Origin: Vulcanimicrobiota bacterium
Lineage (GTDB): Bacteria; Vulcanimicrobiota; Vulcanimicrobiia; Vulcanimicrobiales; Vulcanimicrobiaceae
Direction: 5' to 3'
NCBI GenBank assembly: GCA_027315245.1
Contig: DAHUYK010000128.1
Location: 6,648-70,647 of the forward strand
DNA: 64,000 nt
Positions 38,447 to 46,371 of the stretch are shown piece after piece. The notes beneath the pieces were generated by a model. The model made no database searches. It was not told the DNA's origin and was given only the letters and a program-made list of their open reading frames with translations. The translations under genes and the position numbers were made by a program. How positions within the stretch are numbered: position 1 is the first letter of the stretch; every line of letters begins with the position of its first letter.

Positions 38447-38923
38447 ATGCCCATGCCGCGGCTCGCTCCGATCGCATTTGTGTTCGCCCTGCTCTACGGA
38501 TGCGCGGGGGGAGGATACATACCCAGCGCCTCCCGGGCGCTCAGCGACCTGCAGCTTAACGATCTCGTCGCGCAGGCTTCCGCAGCTCACGCCTTGCCTG
38601 CCGGCCTCGTGCGGGCCGTGCTCATGGCGGAGTCCGGCGGCGATCCGTCGGCGATCTCCATCGCCGGTGCCGAGGGGCTCATGCAGTTGATGCCCGGCAC
38701 GGCGGCGCAGTGCGGCATCGATCCGTTCGAGCCGGTGTCGAACGTCGATTGCGGCAGCGCCTATCTGAAGTCGCTGCTCACGCGCTATCACGGAGACGTC
38801 GTGCTCGCCGTGGCCGCGTATAACGCTGGTCCCGGCGCGGTGGACTCGTATCACGGCGTGCCGCCGTACGCGGAGACGCGCGCCTACGTTGCACGCGTCA
38901 TCTCCAGCTACCGGAGTTATTAG
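38447..38923 (+). CDS. Soluble lytic transglycosylase (SLT domain) lipoprotein
   Basis: 158 aa. Lipobox FALLYGC; SLT catalytic region MAESGGDPSAISIAGAEGLMQLMP and AAYNAGPGAV. Confidence 0.88.
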   Translation: MPMPRLAPIAFVFALLYGCAGGGYIPSASRALSDLQLNDLVAQASAAHALPAGLVRAVLMAESGGDPSAISIAGAEGLMQLMPGTAAQCGIDPFEPVSNVDCGSAYLKSLLTRYHGDVVLAVAAYNAGPGAVDSYHGVPPYAETRAYVARVISSYRSY

Positions 38924-38944
38924 GGCGCTTCGCCCAGGCGCTCG

Positions 38945-40099
38945 ATGGCGACGCTGAGTTTGCGCCGGCTCTTACCCTACACGAGGTCGCGCGCGCACTT
39001 TTTGCCCATTCTCGACGCGTACTTGCTGCGAGAGATGGCATGGCCCTTCGTCGGCGCCTTCTTCGCGTACTTCATCTTTTGGGCGCTCAACATCTTCGTG
39101 CTTTCGGCGCAGTACATCATCAACGAGCACGTCTCGTTCTTCCTCGCACTGCGGTTCGTCATCTTGCGCGTGCCGCAAGCGATTCCGATGGCCTTCCCGT
39201 TCGCGTCGCTCGTCGCGGCGCTCCTTGCCATGGGACGGCTCATGGGCGACAACGAGATCAACGCGATGCGCACGTCGGGCATCAATATTCTGCGCATTGC
39301 CGCAACCCCGCTCGTCTTCGGTTTCGTCATGTTCCTCGTGACGTACGCGATGAACGAGTTCGTCGCTCCGCCGTCAGTCGATCTCTCGACGCGCGCGTTC
39401 TACCAGATGATCTATCACTCCGACTCACTGCCGTTCGAGACGCAGTTCTTCCGCAAAGACCCCGACACAGGCAATACGTTCTACGTGACGCAGGTCGGCC
39501 CCGACGGCAAGACGCTCTACGGGGTCCAGATCTTCAAGCCCGGGCGCGACGGGCCGTGGAACGAAACGCTCCAAGCCCGCAAGGGCGTCATCGCCGGTAC
39601 GGTGCTCGTCCTCAAAGACGTGATCGACACGCGCTTCAACGCGCAAGGCTACGTCATCGGCCAGCAGCACGTGCGTTCGGTGACGATCGGCTTGCCGGTT
39701 CAGGAGTCCGCGGCGCAGTTTTTGAGCACGGCCAACAACGACCCGTGGGCGATGAGCAGCAAGCAGCTCGCTCTACACGTTCACGCGATGGAGCAGCAAG
39801 GCATTGGCGGCGCGACGCTTGGCACGATGCAGTTTACGCTTGCCAATAAGGTCGCGTGGCCGTTTGCATGTTTCATCGCCGTCTTGATTGCGCTGCCGCT
39901 CGCCATCCGGTTCGGAAAACGCGGGCGGATGCTCGGTATGGCACTCTCGATCGTGGCGTTTTTCTTTTACTTCGTTTTGACCTCGGCTGCGTCGGCCTTC
40001 GGCACGAGCGGCGCAATGAACACCTATGTTGCAGCCTGGCTTCCGAACATCATCATGGGTGTCACGGGCGCGGCCTTGCTGCGGCTCGAAGACCGTTAG
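38945..40099 (+). CDS. LptF/LptG-family (YjgP/YjgQ) LPS export permease
   Basis: 384 aa. N-terminal ILDAYLLREMAWPF pattern, three TM helices, a ~130-aa periplasmic insert, three TM helices: the standard LptF/G topology. Confidence 0.8.
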   Translation: MATLSLRRLLPYTRSRAHFLPILDAYLLREMAWPFVGAFFAYFIFWALNIFVLSAQYIINEHVSFFLALRFVILRVPQAIPMAFPFASLVAALLAMGRLMGDNEINAMRTSGINILRIAATPLVFGFVMFLVTYAMNEFVAPPSVDLSTRAFYQMIYHSDSLPFETQFFRKDPDTGNTFYVTQVGPDGKTLYGVQIFKPGRDGPWNETLQARKGVIAGTVLVLKDVIDTRFNAQGYVIGQQHVRSVTIGLPVQESAAQFLSTANNDPWAMSSKQLALHVHAMEQQGIGGATLGTMQFTLANKVAWPFACFIAVLIALPLAIRFGKRGRMLGMALSIVAFFFYFVLTSAASAFGTSGAMNTYVAAWLPNIIMGVTGAALLRLEDR

Positions 40100-40115
40100 G
40101 AAAGATACCGTTCGC

Positions 40116-42572
40116 GTGCGTGCCTTTCGCAATCGTCCGGCACTCGCAGCACTGGCGTGCCTCTACGCCCTAGCGAGTGGCAATGTCGCCGCCGCCGCGG
40201 CGGCGGCGCAGACGCCAGCGCTCGAGAACGCGCGTGCGATCTCGCTGCTCGACGCGACGCCCTGCGGCACGGTCCCTCGCGGGAGCATCGAGGTAGCGCA
40301 GGTTCCAGCGACTCCGACGCCATCACCGGCGCCGACGAACGTCCCCGTCGGCGGCCTGCCCCAGCCGTCAAACGGAACGCTGCAGTTCTTCCAAACGCCG
40401 CGGCCGTTTGGATCGCCGGCACCGTCGCCGCCGCCTCTTCCGTCGGTCGCCGCGACGCCCACCGCCGGCCCCATCTTTCTCGTGCGCGGCGGCGTGACGC
40501 CGCCGCCGATCACGCCGGCGGGCCAAGGTGCTCCCCCACCGACGCCGGAGCCAACCGGCGTCCCGACGCTCCCGCCCGGATACGTCGCGATCATCGCCGA
40601 TCACGTCACCGGCAATACGAAGCTGGGGCAGCCCGGTGATGCCGAGGGCAACGTGCACATCTACTACGGACAGGACGAGATCGTGGGGCAGCGTGCGCAC
40701 TACGACGGCGACCGCACCGTCACGGTCACCGGACACCCGTTCATCATCGACGAGCAGCGCGATTCGATTCTCAACGCCAACGAGATCTACTTCGACACGA
40801 TCGATCAGACCGCGCGGCTCGTCAACGGAAACGGCGAGAGCGCGCAAGGCGTCGAGCGCGGGCTCGTGCATTACCGCGCGCAGGACATGCACACCGACGC
40901 GAACGGGACCGGACACGGTCAACATCCCTACGTTACGACGTGCGAGCATCCACGCGGCGGCTACCACATCACCGGCAGAAACATGGACGTCATCCCGGGC
41001 GACCGCATCGTCATCTACGACGCGATCCTTTGGCTCGGCGCCGCCGCCGTCTTCTTCCTGCCCAAGGTCGTCATTCCGCTGCGCCAAGTGGTCACGCGCA
41101 GCGAGCGTCAGCAGTACTTTCCCAACGTCGGGTACGATGCGTACGAAGGCTACTGGATTCAGACGAAGTTCGCGTTCGGCAAAAATCGCTACTACTACGG
41201 CTACTACGAACTCAACTACTACTCGAAGGTCGGCCTCGGGATCGGCTACGTTGCATTCTTCGCGCGCCCCAACGGGCGCCGCAGCGGAAACGTCAACTTC
41301 TATCACATTCACGACCGCCGCGTCGGTCAGACACAGACGAACCTCACCGTTCAAGAGACGGAGAACTTCTCGAACACACTCCATTCGACGGTGAACTACT
41401 CCTATCAGTCGAACTACGGACCGCTGACGAATCTGCCCGCCAATGAGAACCTGTCGCTCAACGTGGCGCATCACACCGAGAAGGACTCGCAAGATTACAC
41501 CTTTACGCACACGAGCGTCGGAACGCAGTCACAGTCCAACGGCCTGACGTTTGCAGACACCATTCAGTTCAACCCTGCCCTGAGCGAGTCGCTGAACTTC
41601 AGTCTCACGAACAGCCAATCGCATTACGGTACGTTCTCTTCCTCGAATGCGTCGGCCACGATCGATTCGGTCTTGCACTGGACGACGAGGGGGGCGGACT
41701 ATCAGCTGACGTGGGATCGCTCGTACTCCCGCGTGCCGTTCGGCGACAACGAGACTCCCCAACTGGATATACGGCCGTACCAGTTCTTTCCGCACTTCAT
41801 TTTTCCGGTGTCGGCACAGTTCACCCTCGGTCAGTACAGCGAGCCGTCGAATGCGTTTCACTCTCAGCGCGCTGATCTCGCCTTCGTGCTCGGACCGGCG
41901 GTGTACAGGGTCTTCGGATCGGACTTTCAGGCGACCGTCGACGTCAACCAGTACGCGTACGGCACGGGTGACCTCAAAGCATCCATCACGCAACTCATGT
42001 CGCTCACGACGCCGATCACGAATCACATCGTGAACATGGTCACGTACAACGAGGCGAACTACAACGGACCGCCGGCGGTTCCGTTTCAATACCTCGACCA
42101 GCTGCCGACGCAGAACACGAAGGGAGCGCAGGACTTGTTGCGCCTCTTCAACGGCTCCGTCTACAATCTTTCGCTCGGCTTTTCGACGCTCTTCGACGCA
42201 AAGGCGCAACCGGTGAGTTATCAGTTCCAGCTCAGCCCGACCGCGAACTCGGTGCTGCTGCTCGGCGGGTCGTATCTGCCGGGGCCGGGGCTCGGCTTCC
42301 AAGAGACGAACGTGCAGATGTCGGTGCCATTCGGACGCGACACGCAACTCGAGTTCGCCGGCAACGTGAACTGGGACATCCATCGGCGCATCACCGACAA
42401 GATCGTCTACCTCACGAAGACAATCGGCCAGTGCTACCAGGTGCAAGTGCTCTACAACGAGGACTCCAAGCTCGTCAACGTCTCGCTCGATCTGCTCGCC
42501 TTCCCAACACACGCAATTGGCTTCGGCGTCGGCCAGGGCGGCGCGCTCATTCCGAGTAACTTCAACTTTTAG
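40116..42572 (+). CDS. LptD/OstA-like outer-membrane protein with a Pro-rich N-terminal linker
   Basis: GTG at 40116, preceded by AGGAAAG. Signal-like ALAALACLYALASGNVAAAAAAAQ, then a ~120-aa Pro/Thr-rich segment. OstA-like segment AIIADHVTGNT...AEGNVHIYYGQDEIVGQRAHYDGDRTVTVTGHPFI. Long Y/N/S/T-rich C-terminal region ending ...IPSNFNF (aromatic terminal residue, as in beta-barrel OMPs). Confidence 0.6.
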   Translation: MRAFRNRPALAALACLYALASGNVAAAAAAAQTPALENARAISLLDATPCGTVPRGSIEVAQVPATPTPSPAPTNVPVGGLPQPSNGTLQFFQTPRPFGSPAPSPPPLPSVAATPTAGPIFLVRGGVTPPPITPAGQGAPPPTPEPTGVPTLPPGYVAIIADHVTGNTKLGQPGDAEGNVHIYYGQDEIVGQRAHYDGDRTVTVTGHPFIIDEQRDSILNANEIYFDTIDQTARLVNGNGESAQGVERGLVHYRAQDMHTDANGTGHGQHPYVTTCEHPRGGYHITGRNMDVIPGDRIVIYDAILWLGAAAVFFLPKVVIPLRQVVTRSERQQYFPNVGYDAYEGYWIQTKFAFGKNRYYYGYYELNYYSKVGLGIGYVAFFARPNGRRSGNVNFYHIHDRRVGQTQTNLTVQETENFSNTLHSTVNYSYQSNYGPLTNLPANENLSLNVAHHTEKDSQDYTFTHTSVGTQSQSNGLTFADTIQFNPALSESLNFSLTNSQSHYGTFSSSNASATIDSVLHWTTRGADYQLTWDRSYSRVPFGDNETPQLDIRPYQFFPHFIFPVSAQFTLGQYSEPSNAFHSQRADLAFVLGPAVYRVFGSDFQATVDVNQYAYGTGDLKASITQLMSLTTPITNHIVNMVTYNEANYNGPPAVPFQYLDQLPTQNTKGAQDLLRLFNGSVYNLSLGFSTLFDAKAQPVSYQFQLSPTANSVLLLGGSYLPGPGLGFQETNVQMSVPFGRDTQLEFAGNVNWDIHRRITDKIVYLTKTIGQCYQVQVLYNEDSKLVNVSLDLLAFPTHAIGFGVGQGGALIPSNFNF

Positions 42573-42587
42573 GAGCCCTACGCGCCC

Positions 42588-43388
42588 CTAGGGAGTATTT
42601 TGGAACTGGCAGCTGATGATGACAGCGCTCTGCGCCGGCGCATTCTGCGCAAGCGCGTTCTGCGTGATGTCGAACGGCGTCGTCGTCACGAGGTTCGGCG
42701 CGACGTACGAGGTGTCGGAACCTCCGAGGATGCCAAGCGAGTCGACGGGCGCGTAGTTCGTATTGCCTTGGCCGCCGAACCCGCTCCCGGTCGTCCCTTG
42801 CGAGGTCACGAAGCAGTTGGACTTCCACGTGGTCGAGACGATCGGCGTCGGCGTCGCGCTCGGCGTCGGGCTCGGCGTGGCGCCGACGGGAGTCGGCGTT
42901 GGTGTCGGGGTCGGACGGGGCGTCGCCGTCGACAAGAGGTTGCTGAAGATCGCGCGATTGAACTCGATCTGGAACTCCGTTTGCAAGCCGTTGTAGTTCG
43001 CGTTGAACGTGATGTCTTGCGGTGCAACGGTCAGCGGGTAGACTGCAGGGACGGCACCCGGCGCGTTGCTCGAGGAAATGAACTGCACCGGCACGGCATT
43101 GACGGCTCCCGACGCGTTGCCGGAAACGATGAAGGCATCGCTGAAGCCGGCATAGTTCGCTTGCGCGCCTCCGTTCGGCAGCGGCGTAATGCCGTTGCCA
43201 GTCGTGTTGAAGATGACGATGTAGTCGTAGGTCTGAAAATCGAGAACCGCGGCGACCGTGAATCGCACCACCATCCAACCGCTTGGAAGGCCACCGTTCT
43301 GCGCGTACTTGGGAAAGGTCACTTGCCGTCCACAGGCGACGATCGTGAGCGCCGTTAACAAGAGTAGGATCAGCCCCGTTCTTCGCAT
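42588..43388 (-). CDS. Hypothetical two-domain lipoprotein with a Pro/Thr linker
   Basis: ATG at 43388 gives MRRTGLILLLLTALTIVAC (lipobox). Central linker TPRPTPTPTPTPVGATPSPTPSATPTP. The upstream part of the 414-aa track ORF overlaps lnt on the other strand and was trimmed. Confidence 0.65.
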   Translation of the reverse strand: MRRTGLILLLLTALTIVACGRQVTFPKYAQNGGLPSGWMVVRFTVAAVLDFQTYDYIVIFNTTGNGITPLPNGGAQANYAGFSDAFIVSGNASGAVNAVPVQFISSSNAPGAVPAVYPLTVAPQDITFNANYNGLQTEFQIEFNRAIFSNLLSTATPRPTPTPTPTPVGATPSPTPSATPTPIVSTTWKSNCFVTSQGTTGSGFGGQGNTNYAPVDSLGILGGSDTSYVAPNLVTTTPFDITQNALAQNAPAQSAVIISCQFQNTP

Positions 43389-44889
43389 GATGTTCTCCTC
43401 GCAGCGCGTCACCGGCACCGTCGCGGCGGTGCTCGCCGCGCCGATGCTCGCATTGAGCTTTCCCAAGGCCGGCGTGGCGTGGCTCGTGGTATGTGGGACG
43501 GCGGCGCTGTTCTGGGCGTTCCAGCAAGGCTCCTGGAGGCGCGCCGCACTGCTGGGATGGCTGAGCGGAACGATCTTCTTCACCATGAGCTTTTCGTGGT
43601 GGACGTACACGATCGGACACGACGTGGGCCCCTTTTGGGCGGAGGCCGCCGTCGTCGTGAGCGCCGCAATCGACGCCCTCGCGTGGGCGGCGACCGGAGC
43701 GCTCTTCGTTCTGGCGCGCAGGCGCGCGCCGGCACCGCTCGCGGCGCTCGCCGGCGCGGCGGCGTTCACGATCGGCGAGTACCTGCGCTCGATCGGTCCG
43801 ACCGGAGTTCCATTCGCACAGTTGGGATACACGCAGGCGGATACGCCGCTGCGGGTCTTCGCCGCGTACGCAGGCTCCTACGGCGTGACGTTTGTCCTGT
43901 GCGCCATCGGCGCACTTGCTGCCGACGCCATCGCTCGCCGCACGCTACGCGCAGCAGCAATTGCCGCCGTCGCGCTCGCCGTGCTCTGGTCGGGATGTTG
44001 GCTTGCGTGGCCCGCGCGCCACGCTCTCGCTGCGACGATTCCAGTGGCAGCCATTCAAGGGAACATCGTGCAGACGCTCAAGTGGCAGCCCGGATCGCTC
44101 CAGCTTGCCGTGAACCGGTATCGTGCGATGACGCTCGCAACCGCGAGCACGCATCCCCGCCTCGTCGTGTGGCCCGAGACGGTCGTCGCCATCCGCGGCG
44201 AAGGGCTGAATCAGGACGATGCGCTCGAGCGCGAGTTCTCAACGCTCGCGTCATCGCTGCGCGCCACGCTCGTCGTGGGTTCGATCGAAGTACGCGACGG
44301 CGATGCGTACAATGCCCTGTTTTTCTTTCAGCCCGGTGGCACACGCAGCGTCTACGAAAAGCGCCAGCTCGCTCCGTTTGCAGAAGACTTTCCAGGGCGG
44401 CGCTATCTCTTCTGGCTGCCGTACGTGGGGTCGCTCAACGGCGGGTTCACCGCAGGAACGCAGGACGGCGTCTATCCCACGGCGGCAGGGTTGCGCGTCG
44501 GCCCGCTCATCTGCTGGGAATCGGCCTTTGCAGATCGCACCCACGCACAGATTGCGCGCGGCGCGCAACTGCTCGTCGTCAGCACCGACGACGCATGGTT
44601 TGGGAAGACCTCGGGACCGTACCAACACGCTCAAATCTCGCAGATGCGTGCCCTTGAGAATGGAACGTGGCTCGTGCGCGCTGGCGCGACGGGCATCAGC
44701 GGCATCATCGCTCCGGACGGCTCCTGGACGCGACGCTCTCGCATGGACACGCAAACCGCCATCGTCGGCTTCGTCGGCCCCCCTCCTGGATCGTTCTTCG
44801 CGCGCATCGGACCCGGCCCCGTCATCGCGTTTCTCGCGCTGCTCTACGTCGCGATCGTGCTGCCCGCGTGGCGTTCGAAGCGTCGGTGA
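43387..44889 (+). CDS. lnt: Apolipoprotein N-acyltransferase
   Basis: N-terminal polytopic membrane domain plus a CN-hydrolase domain with the catalytic E/K/C context (LVVWPETV; YEKRQLAPFAE; GPLICWESAF). The start is uncertain (ATG at 43387 or 43390). Confidence 0.85.
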   Translation: MMFSSQRVTGTVAAVLAAPMLALSFPKAGVAWLVVCGTAALFWAFQQGSWRRAALLGWLSGTIFFTMSFSWWTYTIGHDVGPFWAEAAVVVSAAIDALAWAATGALFVLARRRAPAPLAALAGAAAFTIGEYLRSIGPTGVPFAQLGYTQADTPLRVFAAYAGSYGVTFVLCAIGALAADAIARRTLRAAAIAAVALAVLWSGCWLAWPARHALAATIPVAAIQGNIVQTLKWQPGSLQLAVNRYRAMTLATASTHPRLVVWPETVVAIRGEGLNQDDALEREFSTLASSLRATLVVGSIEVRDGDAYNALFFFQPGGTRSVYEKRQLAPFAEDFPGRRYLFWLPYVGSLNGGFTAGTQDGVYPTAAGLRVGPLICWESAFADRTHAQIARGAQLLVVSTDDAWFGKTSGPYQHAQISQMRALENGTWLVRAGATGISGIIAPDGSWTRRSRMDTQTAIVGFVGPPPGSFFARIGPGPVIAFLALLYVAIVLPAWRSKRR

Positions 44890-45458
44890 AGCACTTGCCC
44901 TTCTCACGCAAAACGCTGCGCGTCACGGGGATCGTCGCCGGCTGCCTCCTGCTCGCGTACATCGTCGTGGGGTTGATCCTTGCAGGACGCGACGAGATTC
45001 CCACGCCGCCCGCCAACGCGCCGGTCATCTTACAGGGCGGTAACGTACGCGCCGGCAACCACACCATCTCGTCGCGCTCCTGGACGCTGTCGTACGACCG
45101 GGGTTCGTTCACACCGGACGGCGTCACCGGCACCCTCGACGGCGTCCACGACGGCATCATCTATCGCAAGGGAAAGCCGTACATCGAGCTTGCCGCGCGT
45201 CACGTAGAGCTCAACGCCGAGACGCTCGACTTCACGGCGCTCGGCCGCGTGCACATTCACATGCTGCACGATCCGTATCAGCGCTCATTCGACACCGACT
45301 TCGTCACCTGGACGAACGACGCGAAGTTGCTCCAAATGACTCATCCGAGTTATCTGCACATCGGAGGGCAGACGCTCGAGATCAGCACGATTACGATCGA
45401 TTTTTCGCAGAACCAAGTGCATCTAGGAAAGATCGCCGGCTCCGTGAGAATTCCTTAG
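44886..45458 (+). CDS. Bitopic membrane protein, LptC/OstA-fold candidate
   Basis: GTG at 44886 overlaps the lnt stop (GTGA). One TM helix (VTGIVAGCLLLAYIVVGLILA), then ~150 aa of beta-rich sequence. The assignment rests on topology, size and context only. Confidence 0.4.
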   Translation: MKHLPFSRKTLRVTGIVAGCLLLAYIVVGLILAGRDEIPTPPANAPVILQGGNVRAGNHTISSRSWTLSYDRGSFTPDGVTGTLDGVHDGIIYRKGKPYIELAARHVELNAETLDFTALGRVHIHMLHDPYQRSFDTDFVTWTNDAKLLQMTHPSYLHIGGQTLEISTITIDFSQNQVHLGKIAGSVRIP

Positions 45459-45461
45459 CGT

Positions 45462-45660
45462 TCTGTCACCCCGAGCGTCGCGAGCGCAGCGCTTTGTCAT
45501 CCTGAGCGTCGCGTGCAACCCGCCTTGTCATCCTGCGCGTAGGCGCGCAGCGCCGGAGTCGAAGGACGAAGGGGCGCCACCAAGCAATTGCGGCGCGGCC
45601 GCTCGCGTCGGTGGTTCGACTTCGCACTCGCTGCGCTCGGCTTCGCTCACCGTGACAGCG
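45462..45660. repeat. Intergenic repeat cluster: three 31-bp-phased direct copies plus a distal inverted partial copy
   Basis: The core TGTCAYCCYGMGCGT starts at 45464, 45495 and 45526. An inverted match (GCTCACCGTGACA, 45644-45656) lies about 170 bp away. GAGTCGAAGGAC (about 45555) also resembles the reverse complement of TCGACTTCGCACT (about 45617). Confidence 0.7.
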
Positions 45661-45687
45661 CTTGGCGTTGTTCAGTGAATGCGCACG

Positions 45688-46011
45688 CTAGCGCTTGCGT
45701 TCGCGCGATTCTTCTGCGATGCGCTTTTTCGCTTCGGCGATCAGCTTCTTGACTTTTTGACCGCCTTTGTGCCCGATCTCCTCGTAGAAGTCCGGGCCAT
45801 ATTTTTCCTTGACGATCTTGCCGCCTTTTTGGCCGATCGATTCGTAGAACTCTACGCCGTGGCGATCGCGCGTTGCCTTACCGCCTTTGCGGCCGATCTC
45901 TTCGTAGAAACCGGAGCCGTAGCGGTCGCGCACGGTGTCGCCACCCTTCTTGCCGGCTTCGCGGACCGACATCTCCCGGTCCGCGTCGTCGGCGGGTTTC
46001 TTTGACGCCAT
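45688..46011 (-). CDS. KGG-repeat general stress protein (YciG/GsiB-like)
   Basis: 107 aa. Four repeats of the type GxKGGxxxxxxYGxxFYEEIG (GKKGG, GRKGG, GQKGG, GHKGG). GGGGAG SD 3 nt before the ATG. Confidence 0.85.
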   Translation of the reverse strand: MASKKPADDADREMSVREAGKKGGDTVRDRYGSGFYEEIGRKGGKATRDRHGVEFYESIGQKGGKIVKEKYGPDFYEEIGHKGGQKVKKLIAEAKKRIAEESRERKR

Positions 46012-46023
46012 GACTCCCCGAGA

Positions 46024-46230
46024 CTATGCAGTCTTGCGCTTCGGCTTTTGCCCGCCTTTTTGGCCAATGACTTCGTAGAACGACGGGCCGTACTTGCTCT
46101 TCGTGGCCTCGCCGCCTTTGCGACCGATCTCTTCGTAAAACTCAGTACCGTATTTCGCCTTTACTCTCTCGCCGCCGCGGCGACCGGCTTCGCGTACACT
46201 CATACCGCCGCCGTGAATCTCGTTTTGCAT
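46024..46230 (-). CDS. KGG-repeat general stress protein (paralog)
   Basis: 68 aa from the ATG at 46230 (alternative ATG at 46203). Repeats GRRGG, GRKGG, GQKGG with YGxxFYEEIG. 12 nt upstream of the paralog, so probably co-transcribed. Confidence 0.8.
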   Translation of the reverse strand: MQNEIHGGGMSVREAGRRGGERVKAKYGTEFYEEIGRKGGEATKSKYGPSFYEVIGQKGGQKPKRKTA

Positions 46231-46273
46231 TCCGTGTGCTTTGAACCTCAAAAGAAAGGGGGTACAGCCTCGT

Positions 46274-46298
46274 TTACCCATACGAGCGCTTGCCAAAC
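46274..46298 (-). promoter_or_regulatory. Sigma-B/SigF-like (general stress) promoter candidate upstream of the KGG gene pair
   Basis: Minus strand GTTTGG (46298-46293), 13 nt, then GGGTAA (46279-46274). The Bacillus sigma-B consensus is GTTTAA-N12-15-GGGTAT. Confidence 0.5.
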
Positions 46299-46371
46299 CA
46301 GGTAAGGGGCTTACACCAATGATGCCCATCTCGGCTGGAAAATCACTGAGGCTGCTGGTGCCCATTATGCC

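Noticed and set aside
38301-38454. Treating the 125-aa ORF 38077-38454 as an intact gene
   Set aside because: The N-terminal two-thirds has no protein-like features, and only the C-terminal tail matches a family (S53). The ORF abuts the divergent SLT start, so a pseudogene remnant is the better interpretation.
45462-45660. Possible CRISPR array
   Set aside because: There are only three degenerate direct copies with a 31-bp total period, so there is no room for repeat plus spacer. No cas genes are present, and there is an inverted copy. This fits a REP/MITE-like repeat better.
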